A stretch of 64,000 bases of DNA from Gammaproteobacteria bacterium (GCA_050298595.1 JBNKUM010000100.1:124237-188236), one strand, 5' to 3'. Counted from the first letter of the stretch, positions 37,593 through 48,838 are shown. The notes: generated by a model not told the origin, from the sequence alone. A program made the numbers and translations.

Positions 37593-39006
37593 TTTCAAAG
37601 CCCTCTTTGCGTGCCAGTTCCTGCAGGCTATTTGCGGCTGGTTTTGGTGCGCTTCGATAACGCGTCCATACACCGACATTGGAAGGTGTTAGAAAGCGTA
37701 GTCGAGTGGCAAACCAGCGGAATGTTCGATACATGGCTGGGTGTGCGTACAGGGTTTTCCATATTGTCCAGCTCATTAACTCTTTGTTTTTGCGCAGACT
37801 GCCTTTGCCTTCGACATGCGCATCCGATCTTTGTGCATTCACCGATTCTGCTCTTAGGCGATTGATCAGTTTGGGTAGTGGAATACGTACCGGACAGACT
37901 TCACCGCAGGCGCCGCACAGCGTACAGGCTGAAGTGAGGGCGCCGATTTTATCTATACCCATGCGTTGCGGTTCGAGTACTGTACCTATCGGGCCGGGGT
38001 AGGTAGTGCCGTAGGCATGTCCACCCAGTTGTACATACACCGGGCAGTGATTGATGCAGGTGCCGCAGCGAATACAGCGCAGCACGTCAAGTAATTCATC
38101 ATCCATGCGGATTTCAGAGCGACGATTATCCAGCAAGACCAGATGTACCTGTTGCGGACCATCTTTTTCATTCTCCTGTCGTGGATGGCTGATCATATTG
38201 AAATAGGTGGATATCGGCTGCCCGGTGGCGGTCCGGGTCAGGATATTCAGTAATGGTGGAATATCCGATAATTTTGCAATAACCTTTTCTATGCCCGTAA
38301 TGGCAATATGGATATTAGGGGCCGTAGTGCAGAGACGGCCATTGCCTTCGTTCTCAACCAGGCAGATGGTGCCGGTTTCTGCCACGGCAAAGTTAACCCC
38401 TGAAATCCCGGCATCGGCATTAGCGAATTTATCACGCAGTATCTTACGCGCTATAGCAGTCATTTCTTCGATATCTTCAGAGTAACCCAGCTCAGGGAAG
38501 TGCTTATGAAATAACTCAGCAACCTCGGTGCGATTTTTATGGATGGCGGGTGCGATGATATGCGAAGGTGGCTCTTGCGCCAGTTGGATGATGAATTCAC
38601 CCAGATCTGATTCGATGACTTCTATATCGCGTTTAATCAGGTAGTCATTCATCTCGGTTTCTTCAGAAACCATCGACTTTCCTTTTACCAGTGATTTAGC
38701 ATCTACCTGTTTCAGTATCTGGTAAATGATCTCATTGGCTTCGGCACCATTTGATGCCCAGTGCACCTGAATGCCATTTTCGGTCATTTTGGCTTCTAAC
38801 TGCTCCAGCAGCTCGGGCAGGTTCTTTAATGAATAGGCTCGGATCGCAGCCGCCTGATCGCGTAAAGCCTGTAGTTCGGTGTCGTCGCTCAGGGCTTCGG
38901 CACGTTTTTCCATCAGACCATTCATGGCGCTACGGAAGTTACGCCGTGCCTGGTTGTTATGCAACGCCTTGTCGATACGGTCTGTAAAGGCTTCAGTTTG
39001 ATTCAT
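37585..39006 (-). CDS. lutB: Lactate utilization Fe-S protein B (LutB/LldF)
   Basis: KGKSMVSEE, PSHIIAPAIH, NEGNGR, CIRCGTCINHCP, CTLCGACGEVCP. Confidence 0.95.
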   Translation of the reverse strand: MNQTEAFTDRIDKALHNNQARRNFRSAMNGLMEKRAEALSDDTELQALRDQAAAIRAYSLKNLPELLEQLEAKMTENGIQVHWASNGAEANEIIYQILKQVDAKSLVKGKSMVSEETEMNDYLIKRDIEVIESDLGEFIIQLAQEPPSHIIAPAIHKNRTEVAELFHKHFPELGYSEDIEEMTAIARKILRDKFANADAGISGVNFAVAETGTICLVENEGNGRLCTTAPNIHIAITGIEKVIAKLSDIPPLLNILTRTATGQPISTYFNMISHPRQENEKDGPQQVHLVLLDNRRSEIRMDDELLDVLRCIRCGTCINHCPVYVQLGGHAYGTTYPGPIGTVLEPQRMGIDKIGALTSACTLCGACGEVCPVRIPLPKLINRLRAESVNAQRSDAHVEGKGSLRKNKELMSWTIWKTLYAHPAMYRTFRWFATRLRFLTPSNVGVWTRYRSAPKPAANSLQELARKEGFENE

Positions 39007-39736
39007 GGCAACGCTCCATCAGGAATTCAGCAATATGCTGGGTGGCTGGGCCATTGCCCTGTTTTTCAAACGCACCGCCGATATTCATCAGGCAGCCACA
39101 GTCCTGGGAGATGATACGCTCGGCTCCTGTGGCGCGCAGGCTATCGGTTTTATCTTTTACCATGGCACCCGAGATATCACCCTGTTTTACGGCGAAGGTA
39201 CCTCCAAATCCACAACATTCGGGCTTACGCTCCTGTGTTAAAACCTCTACTTTATCCAGCTGGCCGACCAGTGTTTCAATATGCTGTGCAACACCCATCT
39301 CACGACGCGCAGAACAGGAGGTATGAATGGCAACTTTGGTTGGTTCGCCAAGATCCCTGAGTTTTAGTTGCAGGGTGTTGACCAGAAATTCAGTGAGTTC
39401 ATAGGTACGTGCAGCCACCCCTTTTGCCTGCTCTTCGTCAGGCTGCCCAGCGAATAACTCAGGCCAGTGATGCTTGATCATTCCAGCACAGGAGCCGGAG
39501 GGAACGACGACCGGAATGTCTCTGGGAAAACAGCTTAATAGCTGACGTGCGACATCAAGAGCTTCGTCACGATAGCCTGAGTTAAATGCAGGCTGACCAC
39601 AGCAGGTCTGGTTATCGGGATAGATGACACGGACACCAGCATTGCGAATCAACTGCATACCGGCTAATCCTGCTTTTGGGTAGAGCAGGTCGATCAGGCA
39701 GGTGCCGAAAAAATAGATTTCCTGGGGTTGGGACAT
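38993..39736 (-). CDS. lutA: Lactate utilization protein A (LutA/LldE)
   Basis: QTCCGQPAFNSG, PSGSC, ECCGFGGTFAVK, DCGCLMNI. Confidence 0.93.
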   Translation of the reverse strand: MSQPQEIYFFGTCLIDLLYPKAGLAGMQLIRNAGVRVIYPDNQTCCGQPAFNSGYRDEALDVARQLLSCFPRDIPVVVPSGSCAGMIKHHWPELFAGQPDEEQAKGVAARTYELTEFLVNTLQLKLRDLGEPTKVAIHTSCSARREMGVAQHIETLVGQLDKVEVLTQERKPECCGFGGTFAVKQGDISGAMVKDKTDSLRATGAERIISQDCGCLMNIGGAFEKQGNGPATQHIAEFLMERCHESN

Positions 39737-40500
39737 TATTTGGTCTCCGCAGGGTTAAGGATGGATGCCTGGCGCAGGAAGCGTTCATGTCGCGCCTGTT
39801 CCTGGTCTATGCTCTGTAACGATTCTTCAACAAATACCAGATGGGTTTGCGCGGCCACGCGTGCTGCTTCTGGATCTCCCTGGATAATAGCCTGCATCAG
39901 CTTTTCATGTTGATGTGACAAAGGTTCGAATACTCGGGGTATGGTATATAGCTTGTCCAGGTTATGTTTGATAGTACGTTGCAGTACAGTAAACAGGCTG
40001 CGCATGGTGTGTAATAAAACAATATTATGCGAGGCTTCGGTAATCGAGAGATGAAAAGCGGCATCTGCTATTGCTTCATCCATAGGGTTGTTGCTATTGT
40101 TGTGCAGCATGATCGTACGTTCAAAAGCTTTCTGAATGTTGTATCGATCGGCATCGGTGGCACGTATCGCAGCAAAAAAGGCGGCCTGCCCATCCAGCGC
40201 GTGGCGTACCTCAAGTACGTCATAGCGAGATTCTGGGTGGTTTTGCAATATTTCAAGTAAGGGGTCGACGATGCCGTCTTCCAGTGCTTCGCTGATATAG
40301 GTGCCGCCCCCGTGACGGGAGGTTACCAGCCCTTTACTGGCGAGATTTTTAATCGCTTCGCGTAGCGAGGGGAGAGATACACCCAGACGTTCCGAGAGCT
40401 TTCGCTCGGCGGGTAAGCGCTCTCCTGGTTTTAACGAGCCGTCCGCGATCATCTGCTCTAATTGAGTTGTGATCTGATCAGACAGTGTGGTTTTCTTCAT
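39736..40500 (-). CDS. GntR/FadR-family regulator (LldR/PdhR/GlcC-like)
   Basis: PGERLPAER.L...LGVS..SLREA, GGGTY; FCD domain (DAAFH...ASHN). Confidence 0.92.
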   Translation of the reverse strand: MKKTTLSDQITTQLEQMIADGSLKPGERLPAERKLSERLGVSLPSLREAIKNLASKGLVTSRHGGGTYISEALEDGIVDPLLEILQNHPESRYDVLEVRHALDGQAAFFAAIRATDADRYNIQKAFERTIMLHNNSNNPMDEAIADAAFHLSITEASHNIVLLHTMRSLFTVLQRTIKHNLDKLYTIPRVFEPLSHQHEKLMQAIIQGDPEAARVAAQTHLVFVEESLQSIDQEQARHERFLRQASILNPAETK

Positions 40501-40523
40501 TTATTTTCCTGCTTATTCCTAAT

Positions 40524-40539
40524 ATTGGTAAGACCAATT
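40524..40539. promoter_or_regulatory. PdhR/LldR-type operator 1
   Basis: ATTGGTAAGACCAATT, matches the PdhR box AATTGGTAAGACCAATT. Confidence 0.8.
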
Positions 40540-40755
40540 TACTAAATTGTATCTATTAAATTTACTGTTACAACCCTCAAATATATAATTTTTAATTATT
40601 TAGCTTAATCAGGGTAATTTGAATGTTCAGTAAATTATAACTTATATTTAAATTAATCTTATTAAACAATAACTTAAATATTAAAATAAAAAATTTCTTA
40701 TGGCAAAAATTCTTTTATAGAAAGATTATGAGCCTTTTGCGGTTTCTATTTGCTC

Positions 40756-40802
40756 TTGACTTCTCGAAAACTTAACAACAGAATAAATTGGACTTACCAA
40801 TT
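40756..40802 (+). promoter_or_regulatory. Sigma70-type promoter and operator 2 for the TRAP operon
   Basis: TTGACT-N17-CAGAAT immediately followed by AATTGGACTTACCAATT. Confidence 0.7.
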
Positions 40803-40864
40803 TACCAAATGGTTAGTGTTGGCATTTAATTCATAAAATTAAACAACCTGAGAGGAAGAAAAGA

Positions 40865-41947
40865 ATGAAGAAGTCCTTAATAGCTATAAGCAGTGTGGCT
40901 GCGTTGACAGTGATGCTGTCAGCGAGTCCTGTGTATGCAGCGAAAAAAGTATTGCTTAAGGTTCCCGTCTGGTTCGGTACTCATTTAACTGGTCTGGGGT
41001 CTACACCAAAATGGCTGGCAGAACACGTCAATGAATTATCTGGCGGTTCGGTTAAGATTAAGATTTACGAGCCAGGCAAGCTGGTTCCGCCTAAGGAGAT
41101 GCTGGAGTCGGTATCCAAGGGTCAGGTTAACGCGGGCTGGACAACACCGGGCTACAACACCGGTTTACTGGGTCAAAAAGGCGCTATCTTTTCTGCAGTT
41201 CCCTTTGGTCCTGACGCCCCGGAATTTCTGGCCTGGGTTTATTACGGTGACGGGCGCCAGTTATGGCAGGAAGTTTATGATAATGCAGGATACAACGTGC
41301 ATTCGATTCCCTGTTCGATCATCGCTCCGGAAACCTCTGGCTGGTTTTCCAAGCCTATAGACAAGCCGGAAGATTTGAAAGGCCTGCGTATGCGTTTCTT
41401 TGGCCTGGGTGCACTGGTAATGGAGAAGCTGGGCGTTTCCACTTCACTGCTGCCCTCCAAGGAAATCTTTCCAGCGCTGGAAAAAGGTGCGATTGATGCA
41501 ACTGAGTTTTCCATGCCCGCTATCGATAAGCTGCTTGGCTTTTCCAAGATTCTGAAATACAACTACTTCCCCGGATGGCACCAGCCAGCAACCATGTTTG
41601 ACCTGATTATCAATAAAGATACCTGGAATGGTATGGATAAGCAGCAGCAGGCGGTAGTGGAAATGGGTTGTAAGGCAGCGATGCTTGATGGTCTGGCATT
41701 AGGCGAAGCGATTCAGTTTCCGGTGATGAAAAAGAATCTCGAAAATGGCGTGGAAAATCGTTACTGGTCTGATGAGATGCTGGGTCAGTTCAAAACCAAA
41801 TGGGATGAAGTAGTAGCCGAAGAAGGCGCTAAAGATCCCGAGTTCAAACGTATTTATGACAACCTGCAGGCTTTTCGTGCAGATTATAAAATCTGGAACG
41901 AATGGGCCTTTTTACCTCGTCCTGGCACAAAGCGTATTGAAAAATAA
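40865..41947 (+). CDS. dctP: TRAP transporter substrate-binding protein (TakP/lactate-keto-acid type)
   Basis: Signal peptide; AVPFG, GWF.KPI..PEDLKGLRMR, ALEKGAIDATEFS, YFPGWHQP. Confidence 0.92.
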   Translation: MKKSLIAISSVAALTVMLSASPVYAAKKVLLKVPVWFGTHLTGLGSTPKWLAEHVNELSGGSVKIKIYEPGKLVPPKEMLESVSKGQVNAGWTTPGYNTGLLGQKGAIFSAVPFGPDAPEFLAWVYYGDGRQLWQEVYDNAGYNVHSIPCSIIAPETSGWFSKPIDKPEDLKGLRMRFFGLGALVMEKLGVSTSLLPSKEIFPALEKGAIDATEFSMPAIDKLLGFSKILKYNYFPGWHQPATMFDLIINKDTWNGMDKQQQAVVEMGCKAAMLDGLALGEAIQFPVMKKNLENGVENRYWSDEMLGQFKTKWDEVVAEEGAKDPEFKRIYDNLQAFRADYKIWNEWAFLPRPGTKRIEK

Positions 41948-41963
41948 TTTGTAGCAACAGGCT

Positions 41964-41997
41964 ATCGCAGCGGATTAGTTCCGCTGCGATTTTTTTT
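41964..41997 (+). terminator. Rho-independent terminator / stabilising hairpin
   Basis: ATCGCAGCGGA-TTAGT-TCCGCTGCGAT plus T tract. Confidence 0.8.
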
Positions 41998-42013
41998 ATT
42001 CGGAGGATGTGGT

Positions 42014-42661
42014 ATGAGTGCTTCAAATCTTCAACAGCAGCAATATCAAATACCTGTGGTCGTATTTTTAAACTCCATTGTGAAACGGGTAGCAGAAACC
42101 ACGGCCTGGTTTAATGTGATACTGGCAGGCGTGATACTGGTTCAGGTGGTGTTGAGATATGGCTTTAAACACGGCCTGGTACCATTAGAAGAACTAATAT
42201 GGCACCTTTACTCTGTCGCCTTTATGTTTGGCATGGCTTACTCCATCACCAATGATTCTCATATTCGGGTAGATATTGTGCATATGAATCTATCGCGTAA
42301 GTCTCAGCATATTCTGGAAATTCTGGGGATTCTTTTTTTATTGATGCCTTTCCTGTGGGTGCTATTTGATCATAGCCTGGACTGGGCTATCGAAGCCTTT
42401 AGAGTTAATGAATCCTCAGCGAATCCTACCGGCTTACCCTATCGCTGGGTGATTAAATCGGTAGTGCCAATGACGATGATATTAATGTTTATCGCGGCAC
42501 TGGCACGATTAATTCAGGAGGTTTTGTTGCTGATGCATATTGGTAAAGAGCCTGAAGAGCTTTATCCGGGCAGAGTCTCTGCGATGCGTAGCTTCTTTCA
42601 TCTGAAGCCTGCAGATCAGGATCAGAGTTCAACTGATGGGGGAGACTCAAATGCATCTTGA
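42014..42661 (+). CDS. dctQ: TRAP small permease
   Basis: EELIWHLY, HIRVDI, ESS..PTGLPYRW. Confidence 0.9.
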   Translation: MSASNLQQQQYQIPVVVFLNSIVKRVAETTAWFNVILAGVILVQVVLRYGFKHGLVPLEELIWHLYSVAFMFGMAYSITNDSHIRVDIVHMNLSRKSQHILEILGILFLLMPFLWVLFDHSLDWAIEAFRVNESSANPTGLPYRWVIKSVVPMTMILMFIAALARLIQEVLLLMHIGKEPEELYPGRVSAMRSFFHLKPADQDQSSTDGGDSNAS

Positions 42662-44045
42662 ACCTGAAAATTATTTAGTTATCGCGATGTTTGTAACCTT
42701 TATCGCGCTGTTATTTACTGGCTTTCCCGTAGCCTGGGTACTGGCGGGTGTAGGTATTGGCTTTGCCGGTGTCGCCTACTGGACGGATAGCATGGACTGG
42801 ACGATGACCGGTCTGGACTACAATACGCTGGGATTACTCACAGGTCGTATCTTTGGCATTATGGATAACTGGGTGCTGGTGGCATTACCCATGTTTATTT
42901 TTATGGGACTGATGCTGGATAAATCCGGCGTTGCCGAGCGCATGATGTTTTCCATGCAAAAGCTATTTGGCAATATCAAGGGAGGGCTTGCCATTACCGT
43001 GACATTGATTGGTATTATTCTGGCGGCTTCTACCGGGATTATAGGGGCCTCAGTGGTGCTACTGGGTGTTATGTCGATACCTGTGATGCTCAATCAGCAA
43101 TATCATAAGCCACTGGCTTTGGGTACGGTTGCAGCTTCGGGTTGTCTGGGTATTTTGATCCCTCCGTCAATTATGCTGGTTATTATGGGCGATCAGCTGG
43201 GTGTGTCGGTGGGTGATCTGTTCATGGGCGCTGTATTTCCCGGCATCATTCTGGGTGTTTTATACATTGTTTATATTTTGATCTATGGCTGGCTGAAACC
43301 TGAAAATGCACCCTTAGCAGCAGACTATAGAGAAATTCGTTTGCAGGATGTTATGAAGGTTATGCTGGATATTGTCCCTCCGGCGATATTGATTCTTGCC
43401 GTATTAGGCTCGATTTTTATGGGCATGGCTACAGTGACAGAAGCTTCCGGTATTGGTGCTTTAGGTGCGACCCTGCTTGCAGCTGCGTATAAGCGCTTTA
43501 ACTGGGAAGTATTAAAAGAGGTCGTGTTAAACACTATGAATACCACTGCCTACATCTTTGCGATTTTTGTGGGTGCTACCGTATTTGCACTGGTGCTACG
43601 TGAATGTGGTGGCGATGAGTTGATCGAATCCTCGTTTACCGGTTTAGGGTTAGGGCCATACGCATTAATCGGCGTGGTTTTATTGATGGTGTTTGTACTG
43701 GGATTCTTCCTGGACTGGATAGAAATCAGCCTGATCATGTTGCCTTTACTTAGACCTGTTATTGGCGGACTGGATTTACAGGTGGATGGTTATGGTGTGG
43801 TTGATAATCCGAATCTGGTCTGGTTTGCGCTGTTGGTTGCTGTGACATTACAGACCTCATTCCTAACACCACCGGTAGGTTTTGCACTATTTTATCTGAA
43901 AGGAGTATGCCCCTCCGAAGTTAAACTGACCGACATCTATCGTGGAGTGGTGCCTTTTATTGTATTGCAACTGATCGGGCTAGGACTGGTGTTTGCATTT
44001 CCTCAACTTGTGACCTGGTTGCCTTCAGTGACTTATGGTAATTGA
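42651..44045 (+). CDS. dctM: TRAP large permease
   Basis: GFPVAWVL, LAASTGIIGAS, LGILIPPSI, TSFLTPPVGFALFYL. Confidence 0.93.
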   Translation: MHLEPENYLVIAMFVTFIALLFTGFPVAWVLAGVGIGFAGVAYWTDSMDWTMTGLDYNTLGLLTGRIFGIMDNWVLVALPMFIFMGLMLDKSGVAERMMFSMQKLFGNIKGGLAITVTLIGIILAASTGIIGASVVLLGVMSIPVMLNQQYHKPLALGTVAASGCLGILIPPSIMLVIMGDQLGVSVGDLFMGAVFPGIILGVLYIVYILIYGWLKPENAPLAADYREIRLQDVMKVMLDIVPPAILILAVLGSIFMGMATVTEASGIGALGATLLAAAYKRFNWEVLKEVVLNTMNTTAYIFAIFVGATVFALVLRECGGDELIESSFTGLGLGPYALIGVVLLMVFVLGFFLDWIEISLIMLPLLRPVIGGLDLQVDGYGVVDNPNLVWFALLVAVTLQTSFLTPPVGFALFYLKGVCPSEVKLTDIYRGVVPFIVLQLIGLGLVFAFPQLVTWLPSVTYGN

Positions 44046-44501
44046 CCATGAGCCAGTAATTTCTGATCGAAAAAATAATCCCATTGATTCATTTAATCCT
44101 GGTATGTAATCCCGGCATTAGCCAGATGTCGAAACTGAGCTTTTAACGGGATTAAATCGGGTACTCAGTGCTGGCCTAGCATTGCTGAGTTAAATTTCAA
44201 ATAGCAACTATTGCATAAAGCTAATAAGCATATTAATCCATAGGTAAATAAGCTTAATAACTTTTAATTATGGATGTATGTTAAATTGTTGATAGTATGC
44301 GAGCAAAAATAAACTCGACAGTACAATAAGAATACGTCAGAGGAATATAAGGACTAACCAAAGTCCACTATTAACCAGCCGGATATGGTGATCCCATTTC
44401 CCGGGGGTGAATAAACTGAGCTCACATGTCAGCAAGCGGATTTACGGTCGTAAGCAAGCATAAGTTTGTCCATCTCCAGGCTAAGCATTGTTGGAGAAGA
44501 C

Positions 44502-47201
44502 ATGAGCAATATAATTCAGGACCTGGATCCCCAGGAAACCTCTGAGTGGGAAGAAGCTATTGATGTTGTCGTTGAGCGAGACGGCAGTGAGCGTGCACAG
44601 TATCTGTTACGCAAAACCATCCATAAAGCTTTTCAGGCAGGTGTCGAACCACCAGATACCGTACACACTCCGTACGTAAATACTATTCCGCTGGAAAACC
44701 AGCCGCCTTATCCCGGTGATCTGGAAACGGAGCGCAAAATCTTACGCGCACTGCGCTGGAATGCGACAGCAATGGTGGTGAATGCCAACCGTAAGCCCGC
44801 CGAGCCGGGTGGGCATATAGCCAGTTTCCAGTCTTCGGCAATTATGTATGAAGTCGGCTATAACCATTTCTGGAAAGGTCCTAATCACCCAAATGGTGCA
44901 GATATGATCTTCGTGCAGGGACATACTGCTCCAGGCACCTATGCAAGGGCCTTTCTGGAAGGCCGCATCAATGATGAGCAACTGGAAAACTTCCGTGTTG
45001 AAGCCGGTGGCAAAGGGCTGTCGTCTTATCCTCATCCTTATCTAATGCCAGACTTCTGGCAGTTCTCTACCGTATCCATGGGCCTTGGTCCTATCATGGC
45101 GATCTATCAGGCGCGTTTTTTGAAGTATCTGGAAAATCGTGGGCTGGCCAAAAAAGCCGATAAGCATACCGAAGGTCGTAAGGTGTGGGCATTTCTGGGT
45201 GACGGTGAAATGGATGAGCCTCAATCGCAGGGTGCGATCTCGCTGGCATCGCGTGAGAGCCTGGATAATCTGGTCTTTGTGGTCAACTGTAACCTGCAGC
45301 GGCTGGATGGTCCGGTGCGTGGTAATGGCAAGATTGTGCAGGAGCTGGAAGGCAACTTTAAGGGTGCTGGCTGGCAGGTGATCAAGGTGCTGTGGGGTTC
45401 AGGCTGGGATCGCCTGCTGGCACGTGATACTAACTGTCTACTGCATCAACGTATGATGGAATGTGTGGATGGTGAGTACCAGAACTTCAAGAACAAGGGT
45501 GGTGCTTATGTACGTGAAAACTTCTTCGGCAAGTATCCTGAGCTAAGAGAAATGGTCGCTGATATGACCGATGATGAAATCTATTATGATTTGATTCGCG
45601 GTGGTCATGATCAGGAGAAGCTGTTCGCGGCTTATAGTCGGGCCTCGCAAACTGAGGGTCGCCCAACGGTCATACTTGCGCATACCGTTAAGGGCTATGG
45701 CATGGGTGAAGCGGGTGAAGGCCAGAACATCAGTCACTCACAGAAAAAACTTAGTGCCGATCAATTGAAAAAGATTCGCGATCGTTTTCAGATTCCAGTG
45801 GATGATAGCACGGTGGAGTCGGCCGGGTTTTATCGCCCACCTGCAGATTCTGCGGAAATGAAATACCTGCACCAGCGTCGTCAGGCTCTGGGAGGGTATC
45901 TGCCCAGCCGTGCCACAGAATTTGAAACCCTGACTATTCCCGATCTGTCACTGTTCGAGACCTTGCTGAAGGACTCGGGCAACAGGACCATGTCGACTAC
46001 CATGGCTATGGTTCGCTTGATGGTTGCCGTGGCGCGTAACAAGGATATTGGTCCACGTCTGGTACCGATTGTTCCTGATGAAGCGCGTACCTTTGGTATG
46101 GAAGGTATGTTCCGTCAGGTAGGTATCTATGCTCCCGATGGGCAGAAATACAAGCCGATGGATGCGGAAGACATCATGCCCTACAAAGAATCTTCCAGTG
46201 GCCAGCTGTTGCAGGAAGGTATCAATGAAGATGGCGCGATGTCTTCATGGATCGCTGCTGCAACCTCATACGCCAATAATGGTGTGATGATGATTCCTGT
46301 GTATATATTCTACTCCATGTTTGGATTCCAGCGAGTGGGTGATCTGGCCTGGGCGGCTGGTGACATGCTGGCCCGTGGCTTTCTGGTTGGCGGTACTTCA
46401 GGTCGTACCACATTGAATGGTGAAGGGCTGCAGCATCAGGATGGGCATAGTCAACTGTTTGCTAACTTTATACCAAGCTGTGTTTCTTACGATCCTACCT
46501 TTGCCTATGAGCTGGCGGTTATTTTTCATGATGGCCTCAAGCGCATGTATGAAAAAGGCGAGAATGTTTTTTACTACATTACCACTTTGAATGAAAACTA
46601 CAGCCAGCCAGCCATGCCTGAAGGTTCACAGGATGGAATTATCAAAGGGCTGTACAAGTTTAAAAATGCATCCGCTAATCTAAAGCATAGAGTGCAGTTA
46701 ATGGGCTGTGGCTCCATTTTGCGCGAAGTGATTGCCGCCGCTGATTTATTAAAGGAAGACTGGAATGTCGATGCAGATATCTGGTCGGCAACCAGCTTTA
46801 ACGAACTGGCGCGAGACGGTCAGGAATGTGAGCGCTGGAACCTGTTGCATCCTGATCAAAGACCCAGACAGTCCTGGGTGGAACGATGCCTGCAAAATAG
46901 CGAAGGCCCGGTCATTGCCGCGACAGATTACATGAAAAACTTCGCTGAGCAGATTCGAGCGTTTGTACCGGGTGATTACTTTGTGCTGGGCACCGATGGC
47001 TTTGGTCGATCAGATAGCAGGTCGGCACTAAGGCATCATTTTGAGGTGGATCGTTACTACGTGACTATCACTGCGCTGAAGGCACTGGCAGACGAGCAGA
47101 AAAACAGTAAAGCGAAATACAGAATCAGTTATCAAACCGTGCTGGATGCGATGAAGAAGTACGGTATTGATGCCGAGAAAGCTAATCCTTTACACGCCTG
47201 A
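44502..47201 (+). CDS. aceE: Pyruvate dehydrogenase E1 (homodimeric)
   Basis: DLDPQET.EW, GGHIASF, TVSMGLGP, GDGEMDEP, CNLQRLDGPVRGN, GEGLQHQDG. Confidence 0.97.
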   Translation: MSNIIQDLDPQETSEWEEAIDVVVERDGSERAQYLLRKTIHKAFQAGVEPPDTVHTPYVNTIPLENQPPYPGDLETERKILRALRWNATAMVVNANRKPAEPGGHIASFQSSAIMYEVGYNHFWKGPNHPNGADMIFVQGHTAPGTYARAFLEGRINDEQLENFRVEAGGKGLSSYPHPYLMPDFWQFSTVSMGLGPIMAIYQARFLKYLENRGLAKKADKHTEGRKVWAFLGDGEMDEPQSQGAISLASRESLDNLVFVVNCNLQRLDGPVRGNGKIVQELEGNFKGAGWQVIKVLWGSGWDRLLARDTNCLLHQRMMECVDGEYQNFKNKGGAYVRENFFGKYPELREMVADMTDDEIYYDLIRGGHDQEKLFAAYSRASQTEGRPTVILAHTVKGYGMGEAGEGQNISHSQKKLSADQLKKIRDRFQIPVDDSTVESAGFYRPPADSAEMKYLHQRRQALGGYLPSRATEFETLTIPDLSLFETLLKDSGNRTMSTTMAMVRLMVAVARNKDIGPRLVPIVPDEARTFGMEGMFRQVGIYAPDGQKYKPMDAEDIMPYKESSSGQLLQEGINEDGAMSSWIAAATSYANNGVMMIPVYIFYSMFGFQRVGDLAWAAGDMLARGFLVGGTSGRTTLNGEGLQHQDGHSQLFANFIPSCVSYDPTFAYELAVIFHDGLKRMYEKGENVFYYITTLNENYSQPAMPEGSQDGIIKGLYKFKNASANLKHRVQLMGCGSILREVIAAADLLKEDWNVDADIWSATSFNELARDGQECERWNLLHPDQRPRQSWVERCLQNSEGPVIAATDYMKNFAEQIRAFVPGDYFVLGTDGFGRSDSRSALRHHFEVDRYYVTITALKALADEQKNSKAKYRISYQTVLDAMKKYGIDAEKANPLHA

Positions 47202-47222
47202 TTCACCGAGTAGGAGTCAAAA

Positions 47223-48818
47223 ATGAATAAAGAAATTCTTGTTCCCGATATCGGTGATTTTTCCGATGTCGAAGTTATAGAAGTACTGGTTAAAGAAGGC
47301 GATACCGTCAGCATTGATGATGCATTGATTACGCTGGAGTCGGATAAGGCTTCTATGGATATCCCGGCACCAGAAGGTGGTGTGGTAAAAGAAATCAAAC
47401 TCAAGGTGGGTGATTCGGTTTCTAAAGGCAGCTTGATTCTACTGCTGGGCAGTGTTGATGAACCCAGTGTCAATGTCGCTGTCGATGATGCTCATATCAG
47501 ATTCTCCATCGCTGCAGCCGATTCGCCTTCACCTAGTGGTACCGTGCTGGAAGATGTGGTTGTGCCCGATATTGGTGATTTTAGCAATGTCGATGTGATC
47601 GAAGTGCTGGTGCAGGCAGGAGATCACATCAGGGTGGATGATGCACTGATTACGCTAGAGTCTGATAAGGCTTCTATGGATATCCCCTCGCCAAAAAGCG
47701 GTGTTGTTAAAGAGGTAAAAGTAAAGGTAGGTGATCAGGTCTCTCAGGGCAGTATGATCCTGATACTGGAAGGAGAGGCCGGTGTTGCCCGAGCGGCTGC
47801 TGCAGATAGCAGCCCATCAGCGGAGAAAAGTTCTAATACGCCACAGCGTGTACCCGCAGCAAGATCGGCAGAGGATGCAGCCTCTTTTAGACGCGCACAT
47901 GCTAGTCCATCAGTACGCCGTATCGCCCGTGAACGTGCTGTGGATATATCCAGAGTCACTGGCACAGGAAGAAATGGTCGAATCACCGAAAACGATGTAA
48001 AGAATTTTGCCAGGACAGGGGGGCTGTCAGCCGCAGCCCCGGCATCAGCTTCAGGCAAGGCTTCTGCATCTGAATCATCTATGGGTATACCGCTGATCAG
48101 TCAACCCGACTGGTCAAAGTTTGGTGAAGTAGAAACCGTGGCAATGAGTCGAATCAATAAACTTTCGGCGGCGCATTTACATAAGTCCTGGTTGAACGTA
48201 CCGCAGGTAACGCATTTTGACGAATCGGATATCACCGATCTGGAAGCCTATCGCCAGTCTATCAAAGACAGGGCCAAAGCCATGGGCCTTGGTATAACGC
48301 CGCTGGTATTTGTCATGAAGGCAGTGGTTGCTGCTCTGAAGGAATATCCAAAATTTAATGCCGCCATGGATGATGCACATGAAAACCTGATCATGCGTAA
48401 ATACTTTAATATCGGAATCGCGGTGGATACTCCCGACGGACTGGTGGTCCCCGTTATTCATGAGGTAGATAAAAAAGGTGTGTTTGAGCTTGCGCGTGAA
48501 CTGGGCGAGGTTTCAAAACGAGCCAGAGAAGGGCAGTTGAAAGCAGCCGATATGCAGGGTGGCTGTTTCTCTATCTCCAGTCTGGGTGGTATTGGTGGAA
48601 CTAATTTTACCCCGATAGTCAATGCTCCCGAGGTTGGCATACTGGGGCTTACGCGCTCGCAAACCCGATTGATGCGTATCAATGGAGAGATCGTCGATAG
48701 ATTGATCCAGCCATTGGCGGTGTCATATGATCATCGAGTGATCGATGGCGCCTACGCAGCACGTTTTGTTAGTTATATAGCGTTCATCCTGTCGGATTTG
48801 CGCAATTTAATTCTTTAA
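47223..48818 (+). CDS. aceF: Dihydrolipoamide acetyltransferase E2 (two lipoyl domains)
   Basis: Two [10 protein letters not shown] motifs, HASPSVR, SYDHRVIDG. Confidence 0.96.
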   Translation: MNKEILVPDIGDFSDVEVIEVLVKEGDTVSIDDALITLESDKASMDIPAPEGGVVKEIKLKVGDSVSKGSLILLLGSVDEPSVNVAVDDAHIRFSIAAADSPSPSGTVLEDVVVPDIGDFSNVDVIEVLVQAGDHIRVDDALITLESDKASMDIPSPKSGVVKEVKVKVGDQVSQGSMILILEGEAGVARAAAADSSPSAEKSSNTPQRVPAARSAEDAASFRRAHASPSVRRIARERAVDISRVTGTGRNGRITENDVKNFARTGGLSAAAPASASGKASASESSMGIPLISQPDWSKFGEVETVAMSRINKLSAAHLHKSWLNVPQVTHFDESDITDLEAYRQSIKDRAKAMGLGITPLVFVMKAVVAALKEYPKFNAAMDDAHENLIMRKYFNIGIAVDTPDGLVVPVIHEVDKKGVFELARELGEVSKRAREGQLKAADMQGGCFSISSLGGIGGTNFTPIVNAPEVGILGLTRSQTRLMRINGEIVDRLIQPLAVSYDHRVIDGAYAARFVSYIAFILSDLRNLIL

Positions 48819-48838
48819 CCGGTTACTGGAGAGAAAGA